Notes under the pieces: generated by a model
Database searches by the model: none
Told to the model about the DNA's origin: nothing
What the model saw: the letters and a program-made list of their open reading frames with translations, nothing else
NCBI GenBank assembly: GCA_965370445.1
Contig: CBDUUM010000001.1
Coordinates: 1-51,537, forward strand
Direction: 5' to 3'
Source of the DNA: an uncultured Methanosarcinales archaeon
Lineage (GTDB): Archaea; Halobacteriota; Methanosarcinia; Methanosarcinales; Methanocomedenaceae
Length of the DNA: 51,537 nt
Part shown: positions 16,534-26,410 of the stretch, piece by piece
Layout of the letters: each line of letters begins with the position of its first letter
How positions within the stretch are numbered: position 1 is the stretch's first letter
Position numbers and translations under genes: made by a program

Positions 16534-17520
16534 TCAGATATCGTTTACCAGGCACGCAACCGCATATGCAGGGAATACTTTTGAGATATCACTGCCATAT
16601 TCTTCAGATAACAGGATGCAGGTAAGTCCGGCATGCTTCGCCGCATCACGTACTATGAACTCGCCCAGTCCTGCTCCCACCACAGTATTGATGCCGTGTT
16701 GTGATGCCAGTATTCCCAGTGCCTCTGCCAGTTCATCCCTCTGGCGGTAATAAACCTGCCAGGCAATATCAATAATATCATTCAGATCCAGTTCGGCGGT
16801 ATCTGCGCACACTACCCTGGCCAGGCGTCTTGCAGCATCTTTTTGGGTCTTCCCACCGGCATCGGCTGTTTCGCAGGTGTAATCCTCCTGGCTGATATTT
16901 CCCAGCAGCAGATTGGCATCAGCGGTCTGGGCGAAAAGCTCTGAAGATAATCTATAATTGTTACTGCCCAGTCCAATTCGCTCCATCAGGGCTGCAATAT
17001 TGGTGCGGAGTATGCCCCTGTATAATAGTTCATGGCGTCCAAGCCGCTGGAAGTCTGTCGTACCAGCCAGGGGACGGCCGTGCTTTACCGGAATAAGGTC
17101 GGTAGTTGTGCTGCCCACATCAGCGAATATGCAATCACGCCCCTTTCCGGCCAGCAGGGCTGAAGCGGTCCAGTTGGCTGCTGCCAGTGACCTGATATCG
17201 CCGCTTGGATCTATGAACTCGCCCCTGTTATTCAGGTACAGTGAGCCAGGGAATACGGCATCTACGGCATCCATTATGAAACTGACACCTTGTTCCTTAT
17301 CTGTAAAACAATCTGCCAGCTCCCCTGTCATGACCACTCCAACCTTTGCGGGTTTGAGGCGGTGTATAACTTCCCCTAATACTTCGGGCAGGCGGGTATC
17401 CTTCCACATGGGAATATAATGTAGTTCAGTGATCTGTCCGTCATGTGAAGCTATCTTGGTATTGGCGCCGCCGATGTCGATGCCAATGACCGGACCGTCA
17501 GGGTTCATACTTATCCCCAT
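16534..17520 (-). CDS. Hydantoinase A/oxoprolinase-like ASKHA protein (H4MPT-linked C1 transfer pathway protein family)
   Basis: GIDIGGANTK and ADVGSTTTD phosphate-binding motifs of the ASKHA fold. Size ~328 aa. Confidence 0.55.
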   Translation of the reverse strand: MGISMNPDGPVIGIDIGGANTKIASHDGQITELHYIPMWKDTRLPEVLGEVIHRLKPAKVGVVMTGELADCFTDKEQGVSFIMDAVDAVFPGSLYLNNRGEFIDPSGDIRSLAAANWTASALLAGKGRDCIFADVGSTTTDLIPVKHGRPLAGTTDFQRLGRHELLYRGILRTNIAALMERIGLGSNNYRLSSELFAQTADANLLLGNISQEDYTCETADAGGKTQKDAARRLARVVCADTAELDLNDIIDIAWQVYYRQRDELAEALGILASQHGINTVVGAGLGEFIVRDAAKHAGLTCILLSEEYGSDISKVFPAYAVACLVNDI

Positions 17521-17697
17521 TATCTACTATATGTTAATTATTACCAATTGTGCCGGGCACATCCAGTATTTGGGATAAAACTCATCTTACCTCGATAATA
17601 TTAAATATGTTTATAGCCTGTTAAGTCCGTTATATCTCAGATATGGATCACGTATCTGATTTCAAATAATGATAATAATCCCATAAGGAGATAATGA

Positions 17698-18129
17698 ATG
17701 GCAGATTTTCGAATTATAGTTTCAGACAGCAATACAGGATTGGCACACCAGATAGAGGTATCTGGCAGCCATGCTAATGGTTTCATAGGTAGAAGTATAG
17801 GTGATGTAGTAAGCGGGGACGCTGTAGGTCTTCCGGGCTATTCCCTGAAAATAAAGGGCGGGACTGATAAGGGGGGTTTTCCCATGCGCAGTGGTCTTCC
17901 CGGTTCACCCAGGCGTAAGATACTTGTGACTGGTGGAGTAGGTTTCAATTCGCCTGTTAAAGGTATGAGACGCCGCAAGACCGTGAGGGGTGAAGAGATC
18001 TCATCTGATGTCAGCCAGATCAATGTGCTCGTAGAGGAATACGGCACCAAGTCCATTGATGAACTGCTTGGTGGCGGGGCCGGGGAAGAGGGGACGGACG
18101 AAGAGTCAACTGAGGAAGTAGCTGAATAA
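17698..18129 (+). CDS. rps6e: 30S ribosomal protein S6e (acidic C-terminal tail)
   Basis: GYSLKIKGGTDKGGFPMR...RRRKTVRG is the S6e signature. AGGAGA lies upstream of the ATG. Confidence 0.9.
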   Translation: MADFRIIVSDSNTGLAHQIEVSGSHANGFIGRSIGDVVSGDAVGLPGYSLKIKGGTDKGGFPMRSGLPGSPRRKILVTGGVGFNSPVKGMRRRKTVRGEEISSDVSQINVLVEEYGTKSIDELLGGGAGEEGTDEESTEEVAE

Positions 18130-18316
18130 GCTGCAGAAAACGTTGAGGAAGCGACTGAATAACCTACACGTTCAAAAATAGCAGATATAAAACAGGAGCA
18201 TCCATTTTAATGCCCCTGACTTTCAAGTTCCATACCAGCGACTTCTCTAATTATCTCAATATACTACTAAATACATACAAAGTATAGCAAATAAACCGCA
18301 GTGGAGGATACAAATA

Positions 18317-19045
18317 ATGGAATATGAAATAACAGGAGACAATCTCCAGCTGGTAACACTTCACGTGCAGGGGGGCGAAACAGTCTATGCCGAAGCCGGT
18401 GCCATGAACCACATGAGCAGTAATATGGATATGCAGGCCAAGGCTAAAGGCGGTCTAATGAAGGGTTTTAAGCGCATGGTCAGCGGCGAATCATTCTTTA
18501 TTACTGAATTCACAGCCCAGGGTGATGGGTTTGTAGCATTCGGAGGCAATGTCCCTGGTAAGATAGAAGCAATACCAATCAGCCCCGGCAACGAATTCCT
18601 GGCGCAGCGGGATGCGTTTTTGTGTGCCGAAAACGGAGTGGACATGGACGTAGCCTTTACTAAAAAACTGGGTGCAGGATTCTTTGGCGGAGAAGGGTTC
18701 ATACTCCAGAAATACAGCGGACAGGGTACAGTGTTCATTCACGCATGCGGCGACTTTGTAGTAAAAGACCTGCAGCCCGGTGAGACCTTAAAAGTGGACA
18801 CGGGTTCAGTTGTCGGGTTCGAATCATCTGTCCAGTATGACATTACAAGGGCAGGCGGCATCAAGACATCGCTGTTCGGCGGTGAAGGCCTGTTCCTGAC
18901 ATCACTTACAGGACCTGGAAAGATAATCATCCAGTCACTCAGCATCTCCAACCTGGCGGCTGCCCTTGCACCTCACATGTCAATAGGGGATTCGGGCAGT
19001 AGCGGCGGTGGCGGCCTGTCAATCGGCAAACTTATCGGCGATTAG
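18317..19045 (+). CDS. AIM24/DUF124 (TIGR00266) family protein
   Basis: MEYEI.G...Q.V.L.V..GE.VYAEAGAM...GEGF.LQK..G.G.VF is characteristic of the family. Confidence 0.7.
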   Translation: MEYEITGDNLQLVTLHVQGGETVYAEAGAMNHMSSNMDMQAKAKGGLMKGFKRMVSGESFFITEFTAQGDGFVAFGGNVPGKIEAIPISPGNEFLAQRDAFLCAENGVDMDVAFTKKLGAGFFGGEGFILQKYSGQGTVFIHACGDFVVKDLQPGETLKVDTGSVVGFESSVQYDITRAGGIKTSLFGGEGLFLTSLTGPGKIIIQSLSISNLAAALAPHMSIGDSGSSGGGGLSIGKLIGD

Positions 19046-19286
19046 AACAAGTAATCGGTAAACTACTTCTGCAAGGATGTTCGTATATAGCTTACTGCCT
19101 TGCATCCCACACCAGAAGCCCTGATTCTAATTATTAACTATGTGATGATGGGTGTGGGTGAGGAATTATAATCACAAATACTAAATGATGATATTCAGAT
19201 TTGGTCACTGCCCAAAATGAATTCGGAGGGCATCCATTTCTGAGATGACTTGAACGCATGTCTGCTCTGCAACATGTCTGTGGACA

Positions 19287-20486
19287 CTACAACATAAACG
19301 TATAAACAGGCGTCACTGCAGTATTGCCTGATTCATCTCTGGCTGTTATTCTGTAAAATACCCAAGTACCCGATTTGTAATCCTGTGTAGAAATACGTTT
19401 TTCGTATGTACCGTTCCCATCAGACCACATGGAACCGCTACCACTGCCACCACCATCTTCATAAATTCGCATATGTTCTAATGTTACTTCCGATATGGTG
19501 ACATTGCTTGTAACTTTTGCGCTTATCTCAACAGAAGAAGTTGCTGTTGTTGGCTTTTCAGGCGTTTGTATAACATCTGTAATGGCAAGAGAAGTTATGT
19601 TACTTCTTTCAACGTGACCTACCTGAAGGATGTATACCTCTGAAACTTTATCTCCTGCTCTTATCACATACCACTTTTCTGTGCCGTCTTCAAAAGGATG
19701 GGGAAATGTGAATGAATACTTATTATTATCAATCGAATTCACAGTTTCTTCCATACGTCCGGAACAATGTAAAGAAGCACTAACCCCCAAAAACGGAGAA
19801 CCCCCAGATATTTCTGCAATAACTGTTATCGTATCTCCTGGTTGTGGATTCTCCGGCGTTTGCGAAACACTGATTATATTAATATCACCTGATGGTGTAA
19901 ATCCCCAAATACATATTCCTGCGATTATAACAAGTACAGCGACAATGAAAACTATTGTTCTTTTGCTTTCTTTCACTGTGGAAGTAATGTCGCCTGGCTG
20001 ACCGATACCAAAATATGTTTTCACGTGTGGTCTTGTAAGATAAAATAAAATTAGCCCATAGATCACTAAGATCACTAAAAGGACAATGTACGTCACAATA
20101 TAGTGTGGCATAAAGATTTCACTTGGAGTTCGATACGAGGACAAAGTACCCAAAAGGATCAACGTTCCACGGACCTGCAAAATAATCCCAATTACGAGCA
20201 TAATCATAGCTAAAAACCAAGACCACCGTAATCCCTTCAAAAATCCATAAGCAAGCGAGAGGAGGAGTATAGCCATGATTATAGACCTAATCCATATGAT
20301 TCGCAGGAAATATGATGTCATATAAAGATACATATCGCTTGAAAGAAGAGCGATTAAATTACAAACCCCTGCTATTGCACTGATAAATGCCAATATTGCT
20401 AATATTGTCACCCCTAAAGGTCGTTTCGATATTATCATCACTTTTGATATTAGACTTGTTGCTAATTTAAAGTTATCTCCACGCAA
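19287..20486 (-). CDS. Multi-pass membrane protein with two extracellular beta-rich (Ig-like) repeats
   Basis: About 6 N-terminal TM segments, followed by the repeated pattern Q-TPE-P..(G)-T..V.A.(I/V) (aa ~205-250 and ~305-350). AT-rich. Confidence 0.6.
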   Translation of the reverse strand: MRGDNFKLATSLISKVMIISKRPLGVTILAILAFISAIAGVCNLIALLSSDMYLYMTSYFLRIIWIRSIIMAILLLSLAYGFLKGLRWSWFLAMIMLVIGIILQVRGTLILLGTLSSYRTPSEIFMPHYIVTYIVLLVILVIYGLILFYLTRPHVKTYFGIGQPGDITSTVKESKRTIVFIVAVLVIIAGICIWGFTPSGDINIISVSQTPENPQPGDTITVIAEISGGSPFLGVSASLHCSGRMEETVNSIDNNKYSFTFPHPFEDGTEKWYVIRAGDKVSEVYILQVGHVERSNITSLAITDVIQTPEKPTTATSSVEISAKVTSNVTISEVTLEHMRIYEDGGGSGSGSMWSDGNGTYEKRISTQDYKSGTWVFYRITARDESGNTAVTPVYTFML

Positions 20487-20659
20487 AGGTTTTTAATAGG
20501 ATATGACAAGTATTAAAAAACAGGATATTCATTAAGAGGGCATTAAGTCAACGACCCCGGACTTCGCTAACGCTCAAGTCCGAAGCATCTAAAGGGTGCA
20601 TGGAACTTTTGATTGAAACGAGGCACAAAATATACTCAATTTAATACATGATATTAAAT

Positions 20660-21040
20660 TTATTTTATCTGAATTAAATCTTGAATTGCATCAATTATTT
20701 CTTGAGTTTTTTGCGCATTTAATGTCCCATGTTTATTGTTTATTAAACTTTTATGAACTTTAAGTATCCAATCAAATCTAACTCGATTGTCTTTTTTAAA
20801 AGAATATCCACTCTCAATATCTGCATTGTCAATAGCAATGCAACAATCTTTTCGTAATTTACTGGTTATTGCACAACAAATAACATCATTATGAGTTGAA
20901 TTATATAAATTGTTTGATAAAATTAATCCCGGTCTTCTTTTGGAACCAGATAAATCTGAATAAGTAATTTCCAACCAGACAATATCACGTTGGTCAACAG
21001 ACAAATTAGAGGGAGTCATCTTCTTCATCCCAAATCTCAT
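20660..21040 (-). CDS. MazF/PemK-like endoribonuclease toxin
   Basis: RDIVWLEI...GSKRRPGLILSN...VICCAITS matches the PemK/MazF core (GD.v.v......G.E....RP..v.S). The likely start is an internal Met at about 21019. Confidence 0.65.
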   Translation of the reverse strand: MRFGMKKMTPSNLSVDQRDIVWLEITYSDLSGSKRRPGLILSNNLYNSTHNDVICCAITSKLRKDCCIAIDNADIESGYSFKKDNRVRFDWILKVHKSLINNKHGTLNAQKTQEIIDAIQDLIQIK

Positions 21041-21359
21041 CTATAACGTCATGAGAAAACATGAGATTTTGGACTCCTATGAGATGCCTTTTTGATAATT
21101 CGCTTTCAATAATTCCAAGGCGTTCATTTAGTATTTTATTTTCCTTTTTTAAGGCTTCAAATTCTTTAGCCAAAGTCTCTGCATCTAAAACTTTTTTTGT
21201 TTTTTCAATCTCACTTTCAAATGTATCAATTTCCCACTCTTTTGTAAGTTTACAGTCCAGATTAAAGCCGGGATCATTTTTCCCAAAATAGCCAAATTCT
21301 GGCATATAGCAATCAGAAAAATCGATACTATTCTGAGCTTTCATCTTCAAATCCCTCAT
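21006..21359 (-). CDS. Hypothetical protein, candidate antitoxin (coiled coil, acidic C-terminus)
   Basis: Lies immediately upstream of and overlapping the MazF-like ORF. Ends DEIWDEEDDSL. Confidence 0.4.
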   Translation of the reverse strand: MRDLKMKAQNSIDFSDCYMPEFGYFGKNDPGFNLDCKLTKEWEIDTFESEIEKTKKVLDAETLAKEFEALKKENKILNERLGIIESELSKRHLIGVQNLMFSHDVIDEIWDEEDDSL

Positions 21360-21636
21360 TATATTTCAATACAACTTTCAACACTTTTTCGAGGGTTTCT
21401 GGATTAAAAGTGTCAATATTTAATATATTCTGTTCCATTTTTTCTTTATTTGGATGGAATATACTAATGATTTCACCTTTATTATCATCTTTCAAATCAA
21501 TGAGTTTTAAATTAACAAAATAAAGATCCCTTCCCATAGCTTTGTCCATTGCACCTAAAAATCTATCATCAAAAATATTTCTTAGATTTATTCCCTTTAT
21601 TTGGACTTGAGTGGGTTTAGGTTCTTCTATGACCAT
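21328..21636 (-). CDS. Hypothetical protein, first gene of the MazF-like module
   Basis: 102-aa ORF overlapping the next ORF. AT-rich. No family recognised. Confidence 0.4.
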   Translation of the reverse strand: MVIEEPKPTQVQIKGINLRNIFDDRFLGAMDKAMGRDLYFVNLKLIDLKDDNKGEIISIFHPNKEKMEQNILNIDTFNPETLEKVLKVVLKYNEGFEDESSE

Positions 21637-21982
21637 ATTTTCACCGGTTTAATTTTAAATGAAACGGATAATTAGTGATAATGTTAGGGACAGACCGTAC
21701 ATAATCCTTTTGTTAGTAGGCAATAAACAATTTATAGTTTTCTATGTCGCTACAATTGATACACTGAATTAATTGAATGGGTGCCTAGAAATAGATTACA
21801 TAAAGGATGCACAATTAGCCATCCCTGCAATAACTATCCCTGTTCTAAAGTACAATGTCTTCAAACAACATAATACTAACCTAATTACGAATCTCAGATT
21901 ATTGCAACCTGGCCTGTATAGCGATTTCAGGGAAGTATTCTCTATATCATATGATTGTAAGATGCGCCCAGAAGCTAACATC

Positions 21983-22369
21983 TCACACCAAAAACCCAAT
22001 CAAATCTTTGCTCAATCGAGTCTCCATTTCTAACTCGGATATTATCTCTTCCTTGGATTTTCCTTCCTTCTTCAATTCATTAATCCTATCAATTATCTGG
22101 GTTTTGATCTCATAGTATTCATTGATATCCTTCCTATGTCCCCACACATCGCCTTCCAGCAGGGCGATATTCCGCATTTCAAGGAACATCAACGTTGATT
22201 TGGAGATAGTACTTATGTATGAAGTTGGGATGTGGATACCTTTCAGACCGGGACACGTTTGAACCAATGTAAAAATATCTTTGTTTGATGGTCTGAATGT
22301 TAAATGGGCAATCTCTTCATTTCCAATTGTGGGAATCTCATCTTTCGAACTTACAACTCTGATTTTCAT
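21983..22369 (-). CDS. Hypothetical protein (possibly the small Methanosarcinales-restricted DUF1699-like family)
   Basis: 128-aa ORF. The pattern MKIRVVSSK...HL.FRPSN.DIF.LVQ.CP.L..I..P.SY recalls that family from memory only. Confidence 0.45.
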   Translation of the reverse strand: MKIRVVSSKDEIPTIGNEEIAHLTFRPSNKDIFTLVQTCPGLKGIHIPTSYISTISKSTLMFLEMRNIALLEGDVWGHRKDINEYYEIKTQIIDRINELKKEGKSKEEIISELEMETRLSKDLIGFLV

Positions 22370-22619
22370 ATATTAACATTGTAAAGAAAAGTATTTAAGA
22401 GCATCGGTTTTTAGAAATTCGGCTATAGGATGCGCCCATAATCAAACATTTAGTGAATAGAATGAGTCTGGGCACATCAAGCGCCCCAAAAAACTTCGAA
22501 GGGGATTAGGAAGAAAAGGGCGCATAATATGAAAAGATGGGGTGTGATTTATAGGCTTCGGCATCTAAAACTGGTTAAATTGTAGGATAGTAGCCAGTAT
22601 AATCAACAATTTTAAAAGA

Positions 22620-23804
22620 TTAGAATAACAAAACATCAACCACAGTGCCTACCCCGTATCCTTCGATATTGGGCGGCACCACCACATATCCATCGGCCCT
22701 GGCAACAGAGCTCAGTATCCCGGCACCCGATACCATTAATGGTTCAACTTTTCCCTGCCTTATTTGTACACGCACAAAAGTGTGATATCCCTGGCGGGAT
22801 GTGATCTTTTCCTTAAGAGGCAACCGTATCACTGTTGGTGGCTGTTCAGGGAAATGTCCGAGTATCCTGATAGCCTCCTTCCCGAACACCAAAAGTGCAA
22901 TAAGACCTGCAACAGGATAACCTGGCATACAAAGCACTGGCTTATTGTCCACAACACCCAGGGCCGTGGGTTTGCCAGGGCTAATAGCCACGCCGTGTAC
23001 CAGCAGTTCACCTAAAGTTTCTATGGCAGCAGGTACATGGTCACGCTCACCCACTGACGTGCCGCCGCTGATGATGATCATATCGGCATCTGAACCTGCC
23101 AGTATGGACTGCTCTATGAGTCGTGGGTCATCAGTGACTATCTCACTGACCCTGGGGACACCGCCCATTTTTTTGACAAAGGAGGCAGTCATCAGGCTGT
23201 TGGTCTCCCATACCTGTCCGGGCTCCAGGGGTGCCCCCCTTTCCACAACTTCTTCACCTGTCGGTATAATCTCAATCAGTGGCCGGTGGAATACCTCTAC
23301 ATCCACGATACCACTTGATGCCAGTACTGCCAGGTCCCATGGACGCAGCTGGTGTCCGGCACTGAAAAGTCGCTCTCCTGCGGCCACATCTTCACCGATC
23401 CCACCTACATGTTTTTCCGGGTGTACCTGTGCCATAACCTCAACTACACCATCCATATATCTGGTATCTTCCAGCATTACAACCGCATCAGCACCAGTGG
23501 GCATGGCCGAACCGGTATGAACCCTCTGGCAGGTGTCAGGACTAACATCTTTTTCTGTCAGTGTAAAGACAATCGGTGATGATGTGGATGCACCAAGGGT
23601 ATCGGCAGCTTTTACTGCATACCCGTCCATGGCAGCACGCCTGTAATGGGGCACGTCACAGTCGGCAACTACTTCAGAAGCAAGCACCCTGCTTTCAGCA
23701 TTTTCAATGGGAATGCTCTCGATACTTTTTATTGGCTGGATTATATCGAAAAATGTCTTTCCTGCAGTATCCAAATCCACTCGTGACCTGAACAATTTAT
23801 CCAT
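22620..23804 (-). CDS. moeA: Molybdopterin molybdenumtransferase
   Basis: The R.A.DGYAV, HTGS.MP.GADAVV and ISGGTSVGE.D motifs are typical of MoeA. Confidence 0.9.
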   Translation of the reverse strand: MDKLFRSRVDLDTAGKTFFDIIQPIKSIESIPIENAESRVLASEVVADCDVPHYRRAAMDGYAVKAADTLGASTSSPIVFTLTEKDVSPDTCQRVHTGSAMPTGADAVVMLEDTRYMDGVVEVMAQVHPEKHVGGIGEDVAAGERLFSAGHQLRPWDLAVLASSGIVDVEVFHRPLIEIIPTGEEVVERGAPLEPGQVWETNSLMTASFVKKMGGVPRVSEIVTDDPRLIEQSILAGSDADMIIISGGTSVGERDHVPAAIETLGELLVHGVAISPGKPTALGVVDNKPVLCMPGYPVAGLIALLVFGKEAIRILGHFPEQPPTVIRLPLKEKITSRQGYHTFVRVQIRQGKVEPLMVSGAGILSSVARADGYVVVPPNIEGYGVGTVVDVLLF

Positions 23805-23813
23805 AAACTTCCC

Positions 23814-24098
23814 TCAGCCGCCAGATACTGGCGGGAATAAGGCAATCTCGTCGCCCTCATTAAGTACAGTATCCAGGCCGTCCTTGTCCTTTACACTGAT
23901 GCCGTTGACCATAACATGGATGAATGGGTGTATCTCGCCGTTTTTGATGATCAGTTCTCCGAGACCGTCATATTTCCCTGTGAGAATGTCTATTACTTCA
24001 CGAAGATCACTGCCGTCGGCTTCGATTTTTGCTTTTCCTACCTGTTCCCTGAGGTTTGCGAATAATTTTATTGTAACTTTAACCATATGACCTCTCAA
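23814..24098 (-). CDS. MoaD/ThiS-family ubiquitin-like protein (possible SAMP) ending in Gly-Gly
   Basis: C-terminus ...EIALFPPVSGG*. The KLFANLRE start region fits the family. The probable true start is at MVKVTIK (about 24086). Confidence 0.8.
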   Translation of the reverse strand: MRGHMVKVTIKLFANLREQVGKAKIEADGSDLREVIDILTGKYDGLGELIIKNGEIHPFIHVMVNGISVKDKDGLDTVLNEGDEIALFPPVSGG

Positions 24099-24286
24099 GT
24101 TAATGCTGTAATTATAAATATTTGCTTCGGGTTTTTGCTTTCAATCTATAATATAACTTCAAGAGTTTATCAAAAAAATTGAGAAAATGGCGATTTGAAT
24201 AATCCTGGAAAAAAAGATTGTGTTCAATGAACTTTGAAGGGAAAATATTATTGCTCATGGTCATTAACAAGTAATATAATATTGAT

Positions 24287-24604
24287 GTGTGGGTGTGTTC
24301 ATGGATGATAAGAAAACAGAACGATGATGTCGATGAGGTCAGTACCGGAACAATAATCATAATCATTGGCCTTTTGTTGATCTTATTTGCACCCGTTTTC
24401 TCTGATTTTTTTTATGTTCCCAGGGAAATAACAGGATATGAAGATAAAACCACCAGAATAGGGAGCAGTATTTCTCAGTTCGCCTTTATTTCGATAGGTA
24501 TATTAACGATCTTTATTGGATGTTGTATCCTTTTCAGGAATTTTATGAATATTACTATTGACTACCTGATGGAAAAGTTGAGTATAAAGAAAAGTGGTCA
24601 GTGA
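24287..24604 (+). CDS. Small two-TM membrane protein (hypothetical)
   Basis: 105-aa ORF with two hydrophobic helices. AT-rich. Start uncertain. Confidence 0.35.
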   Translation: MWVCSWMIRKQNDDVDEVSTGTIIIIIGLLLILFAPVFSDFFYVPREITGYEDKTTRIGSSISQFAFISIGILTIFIGCCILFRNFMNITIDYLMEKLSIKKSGQ

Positions 24605-24684
24605 TTGCACCATATATATGTTTTAAAATTAGATAGTGTGATTTAAATACTTTTTTAGCCCAATCTTCAAAAAAGCCGCAAAAT

Positions 24685-25644
24685 TCACCCGTTTTTATGT
24701 TGTTGCAGCACCCTTACACTCACATCCATACAGCTTTTAAGTATCGCCTGGATATCTCCCCCCTCCACATCCAGCCCAGCAGCACCATCATGTCCCCCGC
24801 CCGTACCGCCATACACCTTGCTAACCTCCTGCATGATCTGGCCCAGGTTCACACCGTCATCAATGGCAGTGCGTCTTGCCCGGCCGCTAATCCTGATAAC
24901 ACCTTCTTTATCGGCACCCACGAAAGACACATCTGCACCGATATGGGTCAACATACCTGCCGCAGTACCTCCGAAAGAACTTATAGTACTGGTAGCAATG
25001 ATATGTTCGCCTACACGCTGGATCTGCGCCCTCATTGCAGCTTTCAGGATGGCTATCCTCATACTGATATCCTGGGGCGTGGATGCTAATATATCCACCA
25101 CCTCCCCATATTCCACTCCGCTGGTCTCTATGATCTCTGCCAGTGTCCTGAATGACTGGGGTGAAGCATATTTAAAATTACCTGTATCAGTGATAATACC
25201 GGTAATAAGGGACATGGCAGACTTCCTCATGACAGGAGCACCCATACTCTTGATTATTTCAAACACAATTTCTGCAGTAGAACTGACACACCTGTGTATA
25301 TAAAATTCAGCACCATCTTTTATTGAGCACGTGGAATGATGGTCCACGACAGCGTATTTTGTTAACTTTATATCGTTGAGCTGCGCCTGTGTGCTTGTAT
25401 CCACAACTACAGTAAAATCATAATTGGAAGGATCAGGATTTACAACCACATTGATCTCAAGTGCATTGATCAACATCTTGCCAACACGGTTGCATCCATC
25501 CACCAAACCAACGACTCCCCCTACAGCTTCAGCTAACGTATAGGCACTTCCTACTGCATCCGGGTCTGCATTCCGGTGACAGAGAAATAGGATATTTGAA
25601 TAATCCAGGAGCCGGTTATAAAAACCGAACTCATCGACTTCCAT
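24685..25644 (-). CDS. DHH-family phosphoesterase (NrnA/RecJ-like)
   Basis: CHRNADPDAVGSA, VVDHH and GGGHDGAAG (DHHA1) motifs. Confidence 0.8.
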   Translation of the reverse strand: MEVDEFGFYNRLLDYSNILFLCHRNADPDAVGSAYTLAEAVGGVVGLVDGCNRVGKMLINALEINVVVNPDPSNYDFTVVVDTSTQAQLNDIKLTKYAVVDHHSTCSIKDGAEFYIHRCVSSTAEIVFEIIKSMGAPVMRKSAMSLITGIITDTGNFKYASPQSFRTLAEIIETSGVEYGEVVDILASTPQDISMRIAILKAAMRAQIQRVGEHIIATSTISSFGGTAAGMLTHIGADVSFVGADKEGVIRISGRARRTAIDDGVNLGQIMQEVSKVYGGTGGGHDGAAGLDVEGGDIQAILKSCMDVSVRVLQQHKNG

Positions 25645-25670
25645 GGTATGATACCTAAAAAAACTGAAAT

Positions 25671-26033
25671 TTATTCAGCATGCATTCCCGGTGAACCCAC
25701 AGACGTCTTGAGTTGTTCCTGTAATTGTGTAAATCTCTTATGGATCCGTTCTTCCTGCCTGACAATTGTCTGGAGTCTAAGATCAAGGGTTTCTTTCTTT
25801 TCCTTTAAATCCTCGACAACATTGCCTTTCTCGGCTTTTATCATCAAATTGCCAATATTCTTAAAAACAGTTACATCGTCATTTATTGTTTCAAGTTCAT
25901 CAAGAGCCATATCAGACTCTTTAACCATGATCTCTAACTGGTTTTTTTGCTGCGCCAAAGCCTGGGCCTGTTGCTGTACCTGCTGCAATTGCGCAATCTG
26001 GTTCTGGACCTGTGGTGGTAATTCTCCGCTCAT
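25671..26033 (-). CDS. pfdB: Prefoldin beta subunit
   Basis: Two coiled-coil arms (QIAQLQQVQQQAQAL... and LDLRLQTIVRQEERI) flank a beta hairpin. Size 120 aa. Sits in the superoperon context. Confidence 0.85.
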   Translation of the reverse strand: MSGELPPQVQNQIAQLQQVQQQAQALAQQKNQLEIMVKESDMALDELETINDDVTVFKNIGNLMIKAEKGNVVEDLKEKKETLDLRLQTIVRQEERIHKRFTQLQEQLKTSVGSPGMHAE

Positions 26034-26088
26034 TAAAATTCACCTATTCATATATCAATTTGATTTCATTCATGCCACAATAGTACTT

Positions 26089-26298
26089 CTAGCTTTCTAT
26101 TGTCGCATTCATCTCATCCGCTATCCTTATAAGTCGCAGCCATCCATTCAAGGCAGCCCTCATGGATACTATATCTTCTGAACATATCCTTAGAACCAGG
26201 GAATTGCCCTGTATCCCCAGTTCTGTAGCACTGCGTTGATGAGTAGCTTCCAGCTCAGGCTTGAGGGACCGATACACTACCTGAACGTCTCTCTCCAT
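26089..26298 (-). CDS. pcc1: KEOPS subunit Pcc1-like protein (start uncertain)
   Basis: VVYRSLKPE...SLVLRICSEDIVSMRAALNGWLRLIRIA fits the Pcc1 pattern. Similarity appears to continue about 13 codons upstream (YKGEFDLEIKSEFVFE) with no canonical start. Confidence 0.55.
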   Translation of the reverse strand: MERDVQVVYRSLKPELEATHQRSATELGIQGNSLVLRICSEDIVSMRAALNGWLRLIRIADEMNATIES

Positions 26299-26410
26299 TT
26301 CAAAAACAAACTCTGATTTAATTTCCAGATCAAACTCTCCTTTATAGTCCTGAAAAGGAAAAATAAAAAAATCGGAGAGTATCTTGTACCCTCCTGAAAA
26401 TAACCTTGTG

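Noticed and set aside
19142-19240. Possible C/D-box sRNA (GTGATGA at 19142-19148, ATGATGA at 19185-19191, CTGA near 19236)
   Set aside because: Box spacing does not fit the archaeal C-12nt-D'-loop-C'-12nt-D architecture. There is no CTGA 12 nt after the first box, the boxes are about 43 nt apart, and there is no terminal stem.
20585-22569. 9-bp direct repeat GCATCTAAA (20585-20593 and 22561-22569) flanking the MazF module as possible target-site or att repeats
   Set aside because: A single 9-mer match is close to chance expectation in a 51-kb window on two strands. The flanking similarity is weak, and no recombinase is present.
24112-24366. 84-aa minus-strand ORF upstream of the moaD-like gene
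   Set aside because: It lies in an AT-rich intergenic region, overlaps the more plausible plus-strand membrane ORF, and has no start context or recognisable motif.
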